A stretch of DNA of 63,452 bases, the filler included, from Stramenopiles sp. TOSAG23-3 (lineage: Eukaryota), in NCBI GenBank assembly GCA_900128585.1. It is 4 parts of 4 records of this genome, joined end to end, with 100 filler letters (N's around TTAATTAATTAA, not from the genome) between each part and the next. Parts side by side here need not be neighbours in the genome. Positions count along the whole stretch, not along the records: positions 1 to 29,528 come from LT642237.1; 3 more parts are not named here. One strand, given 5' to 3'. Made by a program: the position numbers and the translations under genes. Positions 1-10,177 of this stretch are shown here, one piece after another. Position 1 is the stretch's first letter. The number at the start of each line of letters is the position of its first letter. The notes below the pieces were generated by a model, which was given only the letters and a program-made list of their open reading frames with translations, was not told the origin of the DNA and did not search any database.

Positions 1-217
1 TATTATTATAATCATCAACTCAAAAGCAGCGCATTCGTTCTCTTTATGCAAAATAAAAGACACGTCAATTTCATTGCGACACTAGTTTTAACCAGAAACC
101 TTCATTCTTATTGAGGCAAATACGGACAACAGATTTTTATTGATAGTGGCGAAAGGTACCTCTAGCAACCCACCTTTCGGAAAACACAGCTTCAGTGGGC
201 ATATACGATTGTTCACT

Positions 218-3200
218 ATGAGCAACTGCACCCACCCACCTGCTCCGTGCGAACCAGTTTGTCCGCTATACTCCACGTTTAGAAGCATAGGCAAAATTTT
301 GAATGGTACAAACAATTGTCCAGAGTTTCAATATTTCAATGATCTCGCTGAGGTAAATGCGTGGAGTGGCGAGAAAGTATGCTGCTGTACTCTTTGGTGC
401 AATAGTGCAAAAGCCATAGACTTTTCAGCCTGGGGAGTAGTCTTTGTTCTTCTAGGTGCGACCGTTGTCTTGTCCATAGTATCGGTAAAAATTTTTAGAA
501 AAGTGAAGCATAGGCTGGAGAATATCCCATTTCTGTTGGGCCAGTACGTATACACTCCTCCCCTCATCGCCAAACATTGCTGCCCGTACCACTTGAAGGC
601 AGGGACGAAGTGTTCTCACCCGTGGTTTTTTACTCTCGAGGCACTGTATCACCACTGCAACGTTGAGCACAACGTCGTGGACCGAGCTGAAATAAACAAA
701 GAGCGCTCTAAACATTTGACGGCTCCAAAAATTATGCGGGGTCCCGAAGAAGAGATGTTCCAGTACAGTGGCTTGATCGTCTCGTTAGTTGTCTACGCGA
801 TTCTGATTTCGCCGTTTGTGTTGGTTTTTATTTTGTTTTTCGTTGTGAAGGGGAAACTTGCGGGGGCCTATTGCCTTAGTGTTGATGGCCGAGGAGACGT
901 GGACGAATGGGTCGTGTCAATGACGATTTTTGCGGCCCTTTTCGGGTCGCTGATGGCCCTCTTTGCCTTTGAGCGCTGGCAAACTCGAAACTGGTTGTTG
1001 GACAACACCGTATCGGGGCTGTTTGTTGGGTCGTTTGTTTGTTTTTTTTCGCCGCTAGTTGTTTACGTTGTCGTGTACGACCAGGTGAAATACAAAAGCG
1101 ATTACACATACGTAGCCGCAGTGTTTCTCACGTTGAATATGCTGCCAGCAATCATCGTCAATTTTTCCAGCGTAGGGACAGATCTCCCTCTTGATATTTC
1201 GTCTTTTATCAAACGGTATAAGAACAAAAGGTCTGGTGAGAATAGCCAATCCGTAGCAATTGTGTGTGGTGCCGCCCATGGGAAGGTCAATGGAGTCTAC
1301 GTGCCGACCCCCTGCGCGACCACCGAGTTCGAAGTCCCGCTTGGGCTTGTTATCCCGCCGCCCCACATAAAAACTTCACTTGCATCCATGAGTGACAGCA
1401 ACTTGAAGGACATGCCCGTATCAATATTGCACGCTGATGGAGAAAAGCGCGTTGAGGGGTATATTTTAAAAGTGAACCGGGAGGAAAATGCTGAAGTCAC
1501 GTTCGATATTAAGTTAACTCTTGATTTCGGGGAGTCGGCGAGAGGGAAACATTTTGTTTCTTCCGACCCCGAATTGTTTCCTACTTTTGCGAAGGTAGAC
1601 TGGAAGCACCCAGAAAAATTTACCAACACAATATCTCGCCATTCGTTTCCTGCTGGTCCAGGCCAACCTTCTATTCCGCACTGGTATATATGCGAAGGGA
1701 CTTCGGAAGATCGATACCACTCCACCTCGGCGAGGTACATCGCACGGGCAGATCCTGTCGACAGCGGTTGGCCACCGTCATCGGGTTGGCATCTTGTGGA
1801 CAATGGTGCCATCCCGAACCACGAAACATCAGTCCCGTCTATAATAATGCAAGACGTCACCATCTTCGAAGCAGAGCACAATGCTCAGGTAGAAGCTGAC
1901 AAAACCCAGCGAAAGTTTAGAACTGCGAAAGTGCTGTTGTACATTTTTTCCTTCGCTATGTTGCTTGTCTTTGCATTTTACACGTTTAACTCTATTTGCA
2001 TTGCCAGCTCCAGCAAATCCGCTCAGTTTGTTGGCTTCTTTCATTTTTTCACTGTCATCATCATCGAAATTGCTGTAGCATGGCATTACTTTGCTGGTCT
2101 TGACACAGACTCCTTAACCATAACGTATTTGCATATCGTTGCAAGGATAGCAATGATTTGGGGTGGGTCAAAGTATTACTACCTTGCTGGGTGTTTTATA
2201 TACTTTGTTTTTGCAATGCTACTCGTTTACCACATAGTAAACAGACGCTGGCCAATTTTGACTTCTCGTCAAATTATACGACGCGACCTGTCTAGTGTGC
2301 TGCCGGCCTGGTTGTACAGTGGTGGGAGTGGCAGCTCGGACGATGCGCCATCAGGCTCCGCTATAGACGCAAAGGTTTTGGATGACTTGCTTTTGGCACC
2401 TCTGCTAAAAGTCGCGGATGCGCTGGATAGCATTATCGAGAGATTGACGTTTTTTTTGCCCTGGCGAATCAGCACCAAGCAATTTTTGCAAGCCACGATT
2501 CAGAACCCTGTATGGGTGTTAGTGTACTTAAGTTCGTTGTTCTTTTGTGGAAGCCTCGTTTTCGAGTCTCATTTTCCATCATTACCAATGGTCGAAGTCT
2601 TTGGCGTAGAGAGAACACAAAGCGTCATTGGTAGATATTCGATTTGCTCTGTGCTGCTCATGTATTTTGGCTACGATGCGTTGCGGTCATACAAATATTA
2701 TGGACACCGAATAGACCGTTTCCCTTTCAAAGGCGCCACCATTCGTGCCTGCGTGTTTACACTATCAATGTGGATCTCTGGCTTGGTGTACTACGCCTTG
2801 TCCCCGAGGCGTGAGTTTGACGAGTTAGTATTGATTTTGGCAGTGTTTTCCCCATTGTTGGCTATGGTCGGGATTTGGACCATTCGAAACTGGGCCGCAA
2901 ATGATTACGTGTTCTTAATTGACCTGGATATAAGTGGCCTGCGGCCCCCCAACTTTAACGATCGCCTGCGAAAGTTAGGAAGGAAGTCTTTGAATTTGCT
3001 TGATGCAAAAGGTTTTTGGAAGCAACTGAAATTCTTTGTTTTAGATATCATTCAGAAAATTCGAAAAAGTTTTTTCACTATGATTGGCATGGGTCTTTAC
3101 ATTTTCTTGTCGATATGTGTCTCGGTAGTTATGGGACATTATATGCCAGAGGTGCCCAATGTTTTCTTCCGCGTATTACTCGCTCTGTTTCAGGTACTGA

Positions 3201-6200
3201 CATGCATGTACCTGGCTGTAGTGAAATGGTTCAGTACCTTTCGGCTTCCGATAGTGGTGTTATGTGCCGGCGGGGCTTGGGTTTCATTTCTCTCTGCGGA
3301 ACTATGGACATCCGGCATAGCAAAGGAGTGGGAAATTGTGTCGGTAGTATTTGGGATACCGCTGATTCAGCTAGTAATCATGTCATTGTATCAGCTTTAT
3401 TTGGATGAGTTTAAAATTGTGTGGCAGCTGCCACCGACTTTATTTGCATCATGCATGAAAAGAGATAAAAAAAATTGGTCAAATATTGGTGCGTGTTTAA
3501 CTTTATGTGAGCTTAGTATACTTGTGTTCTTGATTGTTATGCCACAGGTCTTCCACGACCTGGGAGCTTTGAAGGTTCCAGGTGTCGATATACATGTGAT
3601 GACTGTTTTGTGGGCGACTTATTTTTGCCAATTGATTTTTTTTTCGATAATTTATGTGTGGGTGGACAATCATTTTGTCTTGCCACCTGTACTCAAGCGG
3701 GTCATTCTATCACTGGTAGCAGCTGCTATGATCCTGTTGGCCATAGTTAACCACATTTCGAGTAAGTTTACTTTGAATCAATTAATCGACGTGTATATTC
3801 CGGTGTTGATTGTTGGATGTTACGCCACCTATAAACAAGCAGCAGCTTCCGCGACCATTTTTTACTCGGATAATATTTTCCCTGTATTTTCAATAGATCC
3901 ACGGACACACAACTTGATGGACCGGAGTACGGAAATCAAATATGCGTTTTACATACCAATTTTTGCATCCGTTTGGGGATTGTATCGTGCAATAGCAGGC
4001 GATAGTCTCAATGGCGAAGGGAGACAACGGTCCGGGTTTTATATTGTGTGTGTCATTACAGTGTTTACCGTCGCAGTAACAGGCTCTTTGAAACGCACGA
4101 CGAAAAGGAAATTTTGGGCGGCGTGGTCAAGGCTTAAACACTATTCCGATATAATCGATCATTTGCGACTGGAAACATTAAAAACGGAAACGTCCAGTAG
4201 CATGAACTCATCAAAGGAGAATGGCGACAAAATGAGAGGAGACCGGGAGTACAACTTAGCCATGAAAAATGTAGTAGCACTTTCCAAGAAATTTCCTGCA
4301 AAAAGCAAGAAAAAGTTTCATACCTTCAGGGATTGCGTCAAGGCAGCCGGTGCAGTCCCTGCGTCGATGCCAAATCTGTTTTCATTCATTGATAAAACTC
4401 TAAAGGAAACTATTGATGAGTCTGCAAATACCCTCGGAGACACATTTCATAATATTGTTCCTGATGTCATTGAGGATTCTGCTAAGGGCATATATTCCAA
4501 AACGATCGCAGTAGGCATTTCCGATGTTGCAGACCTGGCCCAGCGGGGTGTTGAACAGAGCAAGCAGTTGGCTCAGGAAGCAATACTTTCATCCACGCGC
4601 AATTTAGGAGATACTATTGACGATGCAAACATATTTAAAGACCAATTCAAGGACATAAAATTTTTGGTTGCTGGTGATGCAGATGACGAAGAAGATCTTC
4701 CAGAATTACTAGTCAGCGGCTGTGGCTTGAAGAGCGCGGAGGGGTTGTACTGTTATGTAAAAGGGCATTCAACACCATCTCTTCGGTATTCTCGAATCGG
4801 TGTTGGTGCAGAATTTGAAATCCACTTTCGGGTGTACTCTCAAGTAAATTATTGGACAATAGAATACGACAATACCCCACTCTATGCTTGCAGGGCAGAT
4901 TACGACGTTAAGGACGACAATAGCTCAACAAATGAGAGCCCTGTGTTCTCTCTGAACCCGCCAATAACAGGGTGGACACTAGTATGTACACCCGAGAGCA
5001 AGCTGAAGTCGGTTTCGCCTGCTCCGGTTGTCACTAGTACCGAGCTTGAAGATTGGGGCATGGTATTGCGAGCTTCGAACGGGATTTTACAATGGCAATT
5101 AGAGATGGGTAGAATTCTAGAGGAAGAAAGGAGAATTGAAGCTCGATTCAGGCACTTCGTTATAGAATGTGCTTCCCAGCAGGAACAAGCCGAAGAAAAT
5201 CTATTGTGGGGTTTTGTTCGTGGCTGTATGCCAAAGCTGGTCGAACAACGACGTGGAGCCCAAGTAATTAATTTAGAGACGATGAGCGCTGACGAGCTGC
5301 GGCAATGGGCAAAACGTAAAAAGAAGAAATTGAGGGAGCTTGGTCGATCATACGGCAACAGAATGAAGGCATCATACGAGGAATCGAGAAGAGAAAAAAT
5401 GAAAGCACACACAACCAACAAGGAAAGAAAAGGCCACATGAAAGCAGAGAACCACGTCATTAATTTTAGTTTGACCGACGAAATTTTGGTTGTCTCAAAG
5501 CTGTGCGACGAAATGTTGCGCTTTTGTAAACGATTCAACCGGTCGCAAAATGTAGGCAAAATGATTCAAGACTTTGAAGCTCAGATGAAGAAACTGCGCA
5601 GCAGTTCGAAGAGTAACCGCAGCGCACGAAAACATTCTGAGCTGTACCAGCGGTACTCATCGATCATCGAGAGCTTACGTGGCATTGCTGCAGATTCCTC
5701 AACCGCAGGAGATGCCAAGAATGCATTTGAAAAGCATTATGAAACTGTTTTTGAAAGACTCGCTCTGGAATATTCGGCTTCTTGCCCCGGTAAAGTACTT
5801 GGGAATCCAATTTGGAAAGAATCCCGACATTCTTCCTTGTCTTGGGGAAAGCCCCCAAAATTATTCTACCATTGGCTCGATGAAGGGTTTTTAATTGATA
5901 AAAAACAAGACGATGCCGTACGAACAAGATGGGACATGTTGAAGACTGAAGGTTTCGCCTTAGGTGACTTGGAATCTGACATAATTGCAATGGGAAATTA
6001 TCGCTACTTTAAAACATTGCCAGGAAAGAGCAAGCCCAAAGATCGTTTTTTGAGAGCGAAAGCTTTGGTACAATTTAAAAAAGATTTTCTCTCGCGGTGG
6101 TACAATGATGATAAATTTGTAAAGATAGCGAAGGAGAGTGTTCCAGAGGAATGGGGACTCTCTCTCCACGAACTTCATGCCCTGCTCACGGATGAGCATG

Positions 6201-7768
6201 GGGATGCGGTAGCTTCGCTTGAATATTTCGATCCCCACTGTACGATTGATAGTTCGGATAAATCTCTTTACGAAGCACAGCTTGAATTTTTTAAGCTGTC
6301 TCTGGAGAAAGGAGTTATTCGCTGGGAGTCTAGCAAAGACTCGCTTAAAAAATTCACTGAGATGGACGGTTCTGAAACTGGCAATTGGCCGCTTTTTTGC
6401 CCAGAAAAAGATGGTTCGCAAGCTGCAGACCCGGCAGATATTAACCAAGGCGATGCGAACGATTGTTGGCTCTTGAGTGCAATGATGATTGCTGCCGCCA
6501 AAGACCAAACTGGGTCTAATATTATTTCAAACTTATTTGTAAATTACCAAGAAGATGGAGATACCAAGGACGTACAAATTGTGAAGTTTTTCCGTCCTGA
6601 CACTGGGTTATGGGAATATGTTGTCATAGATAATGCTGTACCCGTTAGAAAACCGGCGGCGTCTGGTTCTCAAGCGCTGGCGAAGCCAAAGTATGCTTGC
6701 AGCAGACAACCTGAGACTTGGGTTATGCTCTTGGAAAAAGCTTACGCAAAGTGGATTACGTCTAGGGTCCAAGCTCCAGTAAACAAAAACCCCTACGAAA
6801 ATATAAATTTTGGTCTCATCGATGAGGCCCTAGTATCGTTCACAGGTGGAGTAAAATCGTTAATTCCACTCGATACACCCGAAGGCCAAGCGAACGCTCG
6901 CTCTGGCGCCTTGTGGAACAAACTAGTAGAATTTCAGTCGAAAGGCTACTTACTAGGAGCAAGTACCCCTTCAGGCCATGATGCTTTTTGGGACGAACAC
7001 GGCCTGGTCAAGGGCCACGCGTATGCTATACTAAGCATAATGACAACCTCGCCTCCTAGTGGTGTCAAATCGGGGTCGAAAATTATGTTGATACGGAACC
7101 CTTGGGGAATTAACCCATGGGACTTTGATCCACCAGCGCACCCGAGTAAGGACCAACCCTGGCCTATCAAACCGTTGGATTGGAGCCCGCGTTCGTCCAT
7201 GTGGCAAGGCAAGGGTGCTCAGTATATGAAAAGAAAATTACAAGTATCGTCTAATTCTGGTATCGATCCTGGCGTGTTTTGGATCACCTACGAAGACTTT
7301 GTTCGCTCATTTGCTGCAATCTTTTGCTGTCGAATGTTGGATGGATGGATAACATACTCTAAATTGTCGGAATGGCGGGAAGGGCGCATGGGAGGCGTCA
7401 TATCCGGACCCTCTGGATTTGAAAATCCGCAGTGGCGCCTCAAGGTCTTGAAAAATACCGCAGCCTATTTTACATTGTCACAAACCCTTAGTGCTTCGTA
7501 TTGCTACATGATGCTAGCGGTAGTGCCAGGGGGGAAACAGTTACGACGGCCTGTGGGGCCAGACGTGATAAAATCAAGCACATTTTTCTATTCTGGTGCG
7601 CCTGATGACAGTCGAGAAATTGGTTTTGACGTACCTCTTCTTCCTCCCGGCGATTATACGATAATCGCAAGTACGTTTGAGCCTGGCGAAACTACCGGAT
7701 GCCGTCTGTCAGTTTACTTTAAAGAGCCTGGTAGTGTAAAAGAGGAGGGGTTTGTTGAATTAAATTGA
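218..7768 (+). CDS. Large multi-pass transmembrane calpain (DEK1-like TML-CysPc-C2L architecture)
   Basis: Intronless ORF 140-7768, first ATG at 218. Many hydrophobic helices in the N-terminal ~1320 aa. Calpain catalytic motifs DINQGDANDCWLLSA (Cys, ~6464), GLVKGHAYAIL (His), IRNPWG (Asn), plus WVMLLEKAYAK and FWITYEDF. C-terminal domain III/C2L (FENPQW...GDYTIIASTFEPG). Confidence 0.9.
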   Translation: MSNCTHPPAPCEPVCPLYSTFRSIGKILNGTNNCPEFQYFNDLAEVNAWSGEKVCCCTLWCNSAKAIDFSAWGVVFVLLGATVVLSIVSVKIFRKVKHRLENIPFLLGQYVYTPPLIAKHCCPYHLKAGTKCSHPWFFTLEALYHHCNVEHNVVDRAEINKERSKHLTAPKIMRGPEEEMFQYSGLIVSLVVYAILISPFVLVFILFFVVKGKLAGAYCLSVDGRGDVDEWVVSMTIFAALFGSLMALFAFERWQTRNWLLDNTVSGLFVGSFVCFFSPLVVYVVVYDQVKYKSDYTYVAAVFLTLNMLPAIIVNFSSVGTDLPLDISSFIKRYKNKRSGENSQSVAIVCGAAHGKVNGVYVPTPCATTEFEVPLGLVIPPPHIKTSLASMSDSNLKDMPVSILHADGEKRVEGYILKVNREENAEVTFDIKLTLDFGESARGKHFVSSDPELFPTFAKVDWKHPEKFTNTISRHSFPAGPGQPSIPHWYICEGTSEDRYHSTSARYIARADPVDSGWPPSSGWHLVDNGAIPNHETSVPSIIMQDVTIFEAEHNAQVEADKTQRKFRTAKVLLYIFSFAMLLVFAFYTFNSICIASSSKSAQFVGFFHFFTVIIIEIAVAWHYFAGLDTDSLTITYLHIVARIAMIWGGSKYYYLAGCFIYFVFAMLLVYHIVNRRWPILTSRQIIRRDLSSVLPAWLYSGGSGSSDDAPSGSAIDAKVLDDLLLAPLLKVADALDSIIERLTFFLPWRISTKQFLQATIQNPVWVLVYLSSLFFCGSLVFESHFPSLPMVEVFGVERTQSVIGRYSICSVLLMYFGYDALRSYKYYGHRIDRFPFKGATIRACVFTLSMWISGLVYYALSPRREFDELVLILAVFSPLLAMVGIWTIRNWAANDYVFLIDLDISGLRPPNFNDRLRKLGRKSLNLLDAKGFWKQLKFFVLDIIQKIRKSFFTMIGMGLYIFLSICVSVVMGHYMPEVPNVFFRVLLALFQVLTCMYLAVVKWFSTFRLPIVVLCAGGAWVSFLSAELWTSGIAKEWEIVSVVFGIPLIQLVIMSLYQLYLDEFKIVWQLPPTLFASCMKRDKKNWSNIGACLTLCELSILVFLIVMPQVFHDLGALKVPGVDIHVMTVLWATYFCQLIFFSIIYVWVDNHFVLPPVLKRVILSLVAAAMILLAIVNHISSKFTLNQLIDVYIPVLIVGCYATYKQAAASATIFYSDNIFPVFSIDPRTHNLMDRSTEIKYAFYIPIFASVWGLYRAIAGDSLNGEGRQRSGFYIVCVITVFTVAVTGSLKRTTKRKFWAAWSRLKHYSDIIDHLRLETLKTETSSSMNSSKENGDKMRGDREYNLAMKNVVALSKKFPAKSKKKFHTFRDCVKAAGAVPASMPNLFSFIDKTLKETIDESANTLGDTFHNIVPDVIEDSAKGIYSKTIAVGISDVADLAQRGVEQSKQLAQEAILSSTRNLGDTIDDANIFKDQFKDIKFLVAGDADDEEDLPELLVSGCGLKSAEGLYCYVKGHSTPSLRYSRIGVGAEFEIHFRVYSQVNYWTIEYDNTPLYACRADYDVKDDNSSTNESPVFSLNPPITGWTLVCTPESKLKSVSPAPVVTSTELEDWGMVLRASNGILQWQLEMGRILEEERRIEARFRHFVIECASQQEQAEENLLWGFVRGCMPKLVEQRRGAQVINLETMSADELRQWAKRKKKKLRELGRSYGNRMKASYEESRREKMKAHTTNKERKGHMKAENHVINFSLTDEILVVSKLCDEMLRFCKRFNRSQNVGKMIQDFEAQMKKLRSSSKSNRSARKHSELYQRYSSIIESLRGIAADSSTAGDAKNAFEKHYETVFERLALEYSASCPGKVLGNPIWKESRHSSLSWGKPPKLFYHWLDEGFLIDKKQDDAVRTRWDMLKTEGFALGDLESDIIAMGNYRYFKTLPGKSKPKDRFLRAKALVQFKKDFLSRWYNDDKFVKIAKESVPEEWGLSLHELHALLTDEHGDAVASLEYFDPHCTIDSSDKSLYEAQLEFFKLSLEKGVIRWESSKDSLKKFTEMDGSETGNWPLFCPEKDGSQAADPADINQGDANDCWLLSAMMIAAAKDQTGSNIISNLFVNYQEDGDTKDVQIVKFFRPDTGLWEYVVIDNAVPVRKPAASGSQALAKPKYACSRQPETWVMLLEKAYAKWITSRVQAPVNKNPYENINFGLIDEALVSFTGGVKSLIPLDTPEGQANARSGALWNKLVEFQSKGYLLGASTPSGHDAFWDEHGLVKGHAYAILSIMTTSPPSGVKSGSKIMLIRNPWGINPWDFDPPAHPSKDQPWPIKPLDWSPRSSMWQGKGAQYMKRKLQVSSNSGIDPGVFWITYEDFVRSFAAIFCCRMLDGWITYSKLSEWREGRMGGVISGPSGFENPQWRLKVLKNTAAYFTLSQTLSASYCYMMLAVVPGGKQLRRPVGPDVIKSSTFFYSGAPDDSREIGFDVPLLPPGDYTIIASTFEPGETTGCRLSVYFKEPGSVKEEGFVELN

Positions 7769-7799
7769 GGCAAAAAAAAGAACAGTGAGAAGAGAAAAT

Positions 7800-8157
7800 A
7801 ATTACTAAAATCACAACTGTAGAGATAAGTTCGCAGTACATGAAGGAACGTAAACCTTTAATGGACAAAAGGAGTAAATTCATTAAAAAACAAGAAAATT
7901 GGCTGTTATTAAGTAAATTCATTTTCGCGTTTTATTTTTATGTCTTTTTGAGGAAGATAATTCGCAGTTCATGAAGGAATGCAAACCTAGAATATCTAAA
8001 TCTAGATTTCAGTTCGCAGTACATTTAATTACTTAAAATAACAGTCAATTTTCTTGTTTTTTATGATAACAGCCAATTTTGTTTTTCAGTTCGCAGTACA
8101 TTCAGTTCGCAGTACATTAATTTTAATTACTTAAATAACAGCCAATTTTCTTGTTTT
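7800..8157 (+). mobile_element. Array of short 3'-end fragments of the RLE non-LTR retroelement family, including one inverted mini-copy at 7885-7911
   Basis: Repeated AGTTCGCAGTACAT and TAAATAACAGCCAATTTTCTTGTTTT units matching 40810-40935, 42340-42425 and 42665-42740. Confidence 0.8.
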
Positions 8158-8181
8158 GAATACATCAACCTTGCACATAAT

Positions 8182-9525
8182 TTACTGAAAGGTCAAGCGT
8201 CTGTTTTTCCATAACAGCAGTGCCGACAAGTCGTAGCTAATGACATTCATGTACGTATTCTGCTGAGCATTGCCGCGCGCCATTCCTAAATTTACACGCG
8301 CAGTGTCTACGAGCTTTCGACTGCTCTTCCCACTAGCAACAATGCTACGAGTCGTTTCAAAGTTTTTCTCAAAAAAATGAACAGCTTTATCAAACTCTTT
8401 GCGTTGGTTGTAAATTACACCCAGGTTACAACATGCCTCTGCCTGGGCTGTTAAATTATCCGTTTGTTTTGCAATATCAAGATATTTTTGCAAGTTTTGG
8501 ATCGCCTCATCGGTATTTCCAAGTTCCTGTTGAGCTGCCGCAAGGGCAGAACAAGCTGCGCCTTGACCTTCCAGGTCCTTTACTGCAACGCAAATATCTA
8601 AATAGGATTGCAAAAATTCTGTGGCTTTGTTGGAGTTTTGTGAAAGCACGAGGGCACGCCCAAGTCGGTAGCTTGCAGCACCAATAGTTTGTTGATGGCC
8701 CGTCATTTTTGCAGAGTCTAAGCATTTTTGGTGAAAAGATATTGCTTCGTCAATTTTCTTGTCGCTGCCTTCCAATGAAACGGCCTTCTTCTCATACACT
8801 TTTACAAGTTGAAAAGCTGCCGTTCTGCTTTCTTTGACCAACGCACCTGCCAGCGCCTCGTTGTCACCCGTCTTTGTCAAATCCATTTGTTTCTCATGGA
8901 AATTGATGGCAGTGTCAATATCGTTCAATCGCATATGTGCAAGGCCTAAATTATAATTAGCCTGTATTTCTCCAACCAAATCATTGGTTAACCTGGCAAT
9001 TTCAAGGCACTTTTCGTAGAAATATATGCCGGTTTTGCTGTCTTGAGAACTCTCGAAGTGGCGGGCCAGGGTTTTGTACGAGTCGAAAACTACTTGGGTT
9101 TCGCCCTGCCTTCTTGCAGCTTCCGCCTTTGTCAAATTGTTTTTAATAAGCTGCATGTCATCGGAAGAGACCTGTATCTCCGCATCAGCTAGCTCGGGCC
9201 TATTGGGGTCTGGGTTCGGGTCTGGCCTATGCATAAGATAAAAAAAGTCGACGTAGGATTGCACGAAGCCCTGAGATAAAATGTCTACGCAGTGTTGTTG
9301 CTTTTGGAGGGCGTCCTCGGCGACCTCAGCTTTGCCGCCCGCATCGCTTCCTGGAAAATTAGATGTTGTGTTACCAGAGGGCACAGGATCACTGCTTCCT
9401 CTGGAGCCCCTACCGCCACGGCGTCCATAGGACGACATTTTTCCCCGTTTCGATCGCTGCGGCTGTTTACTACCAGCCACCTTGCTGATAGTTTGGTTCA
9501 TCGACATGCCGTTCGTGTTCGACAT
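8182..9525 (-). CDS. TTC29: Tetratricopeptide repeat protein 29-like (flagellar TPR protein)
   Basis: LSQGFVQSYVDFFYL N-terminal motif, serial TPRs (ACCNLGVIYNQRKEFDKAVHFFEK), C-terminal ARVNLGMARG...LLLWK; these match my recollection of TTC29. Confidence 0.75.
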   Translation of the reverse strand: MSNTNGMSMNQTISKVAGSKQPQRSKRGKMSSYGRRGGRGSRGSSDPVPSGNTTSNFPGSDAGGKAEVAEDALQKQQHCVDILSQGFVQSYVDFFYLMHRPDPNPDPNRPELADAEIQVSSDDMQLIKNNLTKAEAARRQGETQVVFDSYKTLARHFESSQDSKTGIYFYEKCLEIARLTNDLVGEIQANYNLGLAHMRLNDIDTAINFHEKQMDLTKTGDNEALAGALVKESRTAAFQLVKVYEKKAVSLEGSDKKIDEAISFHQKCLDSAKMTGHQQTIGAASYRLGRALVLSQNSNKATEFLQSYLDICVAVKDLEGQGAACSALAAAQQELGNTDEAIQNLQKYLDIAKQTDNLTAQAEACCNLGVIYNQRKEFDKAVHFFEKNFETTRSIVASGKSSRKLVDTARVNLGMARGNAQQNTYMNVISYDLSALLLWKNRRLTFQ

Positions 9526-10177
9526 TTTGAATAGTTATTGATAATAAAAATATGCAAATTCACCAGTGCAAGCAACTACAATTTTCTAAGTAGAGAAGAA
9601 GAAAGAGTTGCAGTTTCCATCGCTCTTGTTTTATTTAAAATGTAAAATGAATACAAACTAACTAACAATGCTTGTCTTGGGTCTACTATTTTTATTATTA
9701 TTTCTTATTAATTTTATTATTTCTTAATAATAATTATTATTTTTATTTTTTTTTGGAAGAGAAGAGAAGAGAAGAAGAAGAAGAAGAAGAAGAAGAAAAA
9801 TGAAGAAAAAAAAGAAGGTATTTTAATTTTTTTTTGTACATACATGGTACAGTATCCAATAGAACAAAACGGTCAAAACGGTAAAATTGGATTTTTAAGA
9901 TTATTTTGTTATTTTATCTATTTCATACTTAAATGTAAATGTTGTATTGTATTACTATATATTTCAACTTTATTGTTTTATTTACGAAAACCCCTTCAAG
10001 AATATTTACAATGGTATTGTATGTTAAATTATGTTTTGTATAACAGTTATTAGTATTAATTCCTTAATTATTACATTTGTTATTTTAAAGGATGCAAAAG
10101 TACCGCGGTCATCTTCTTTAGGCTATTATATCTAAATTACGAAAAGTACTATGTAGACGAATAATACACCAACTAGA

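Noticed and set aside
4900-5559. Long antisense ORFs (also 12557-13099, 23642-24214, 24251-24748, 53474-54052)
   Set aside because: Shadows of well-supported genes on the opposite strand, with no independent motifs.
7950-8157. CRISPR-like recurrence of AGTTCGCAGTACAT
   Set aside because: Irregular spacing, non-unique spacers, eukaryotic context and no cas genes; explained as retroelement ends.
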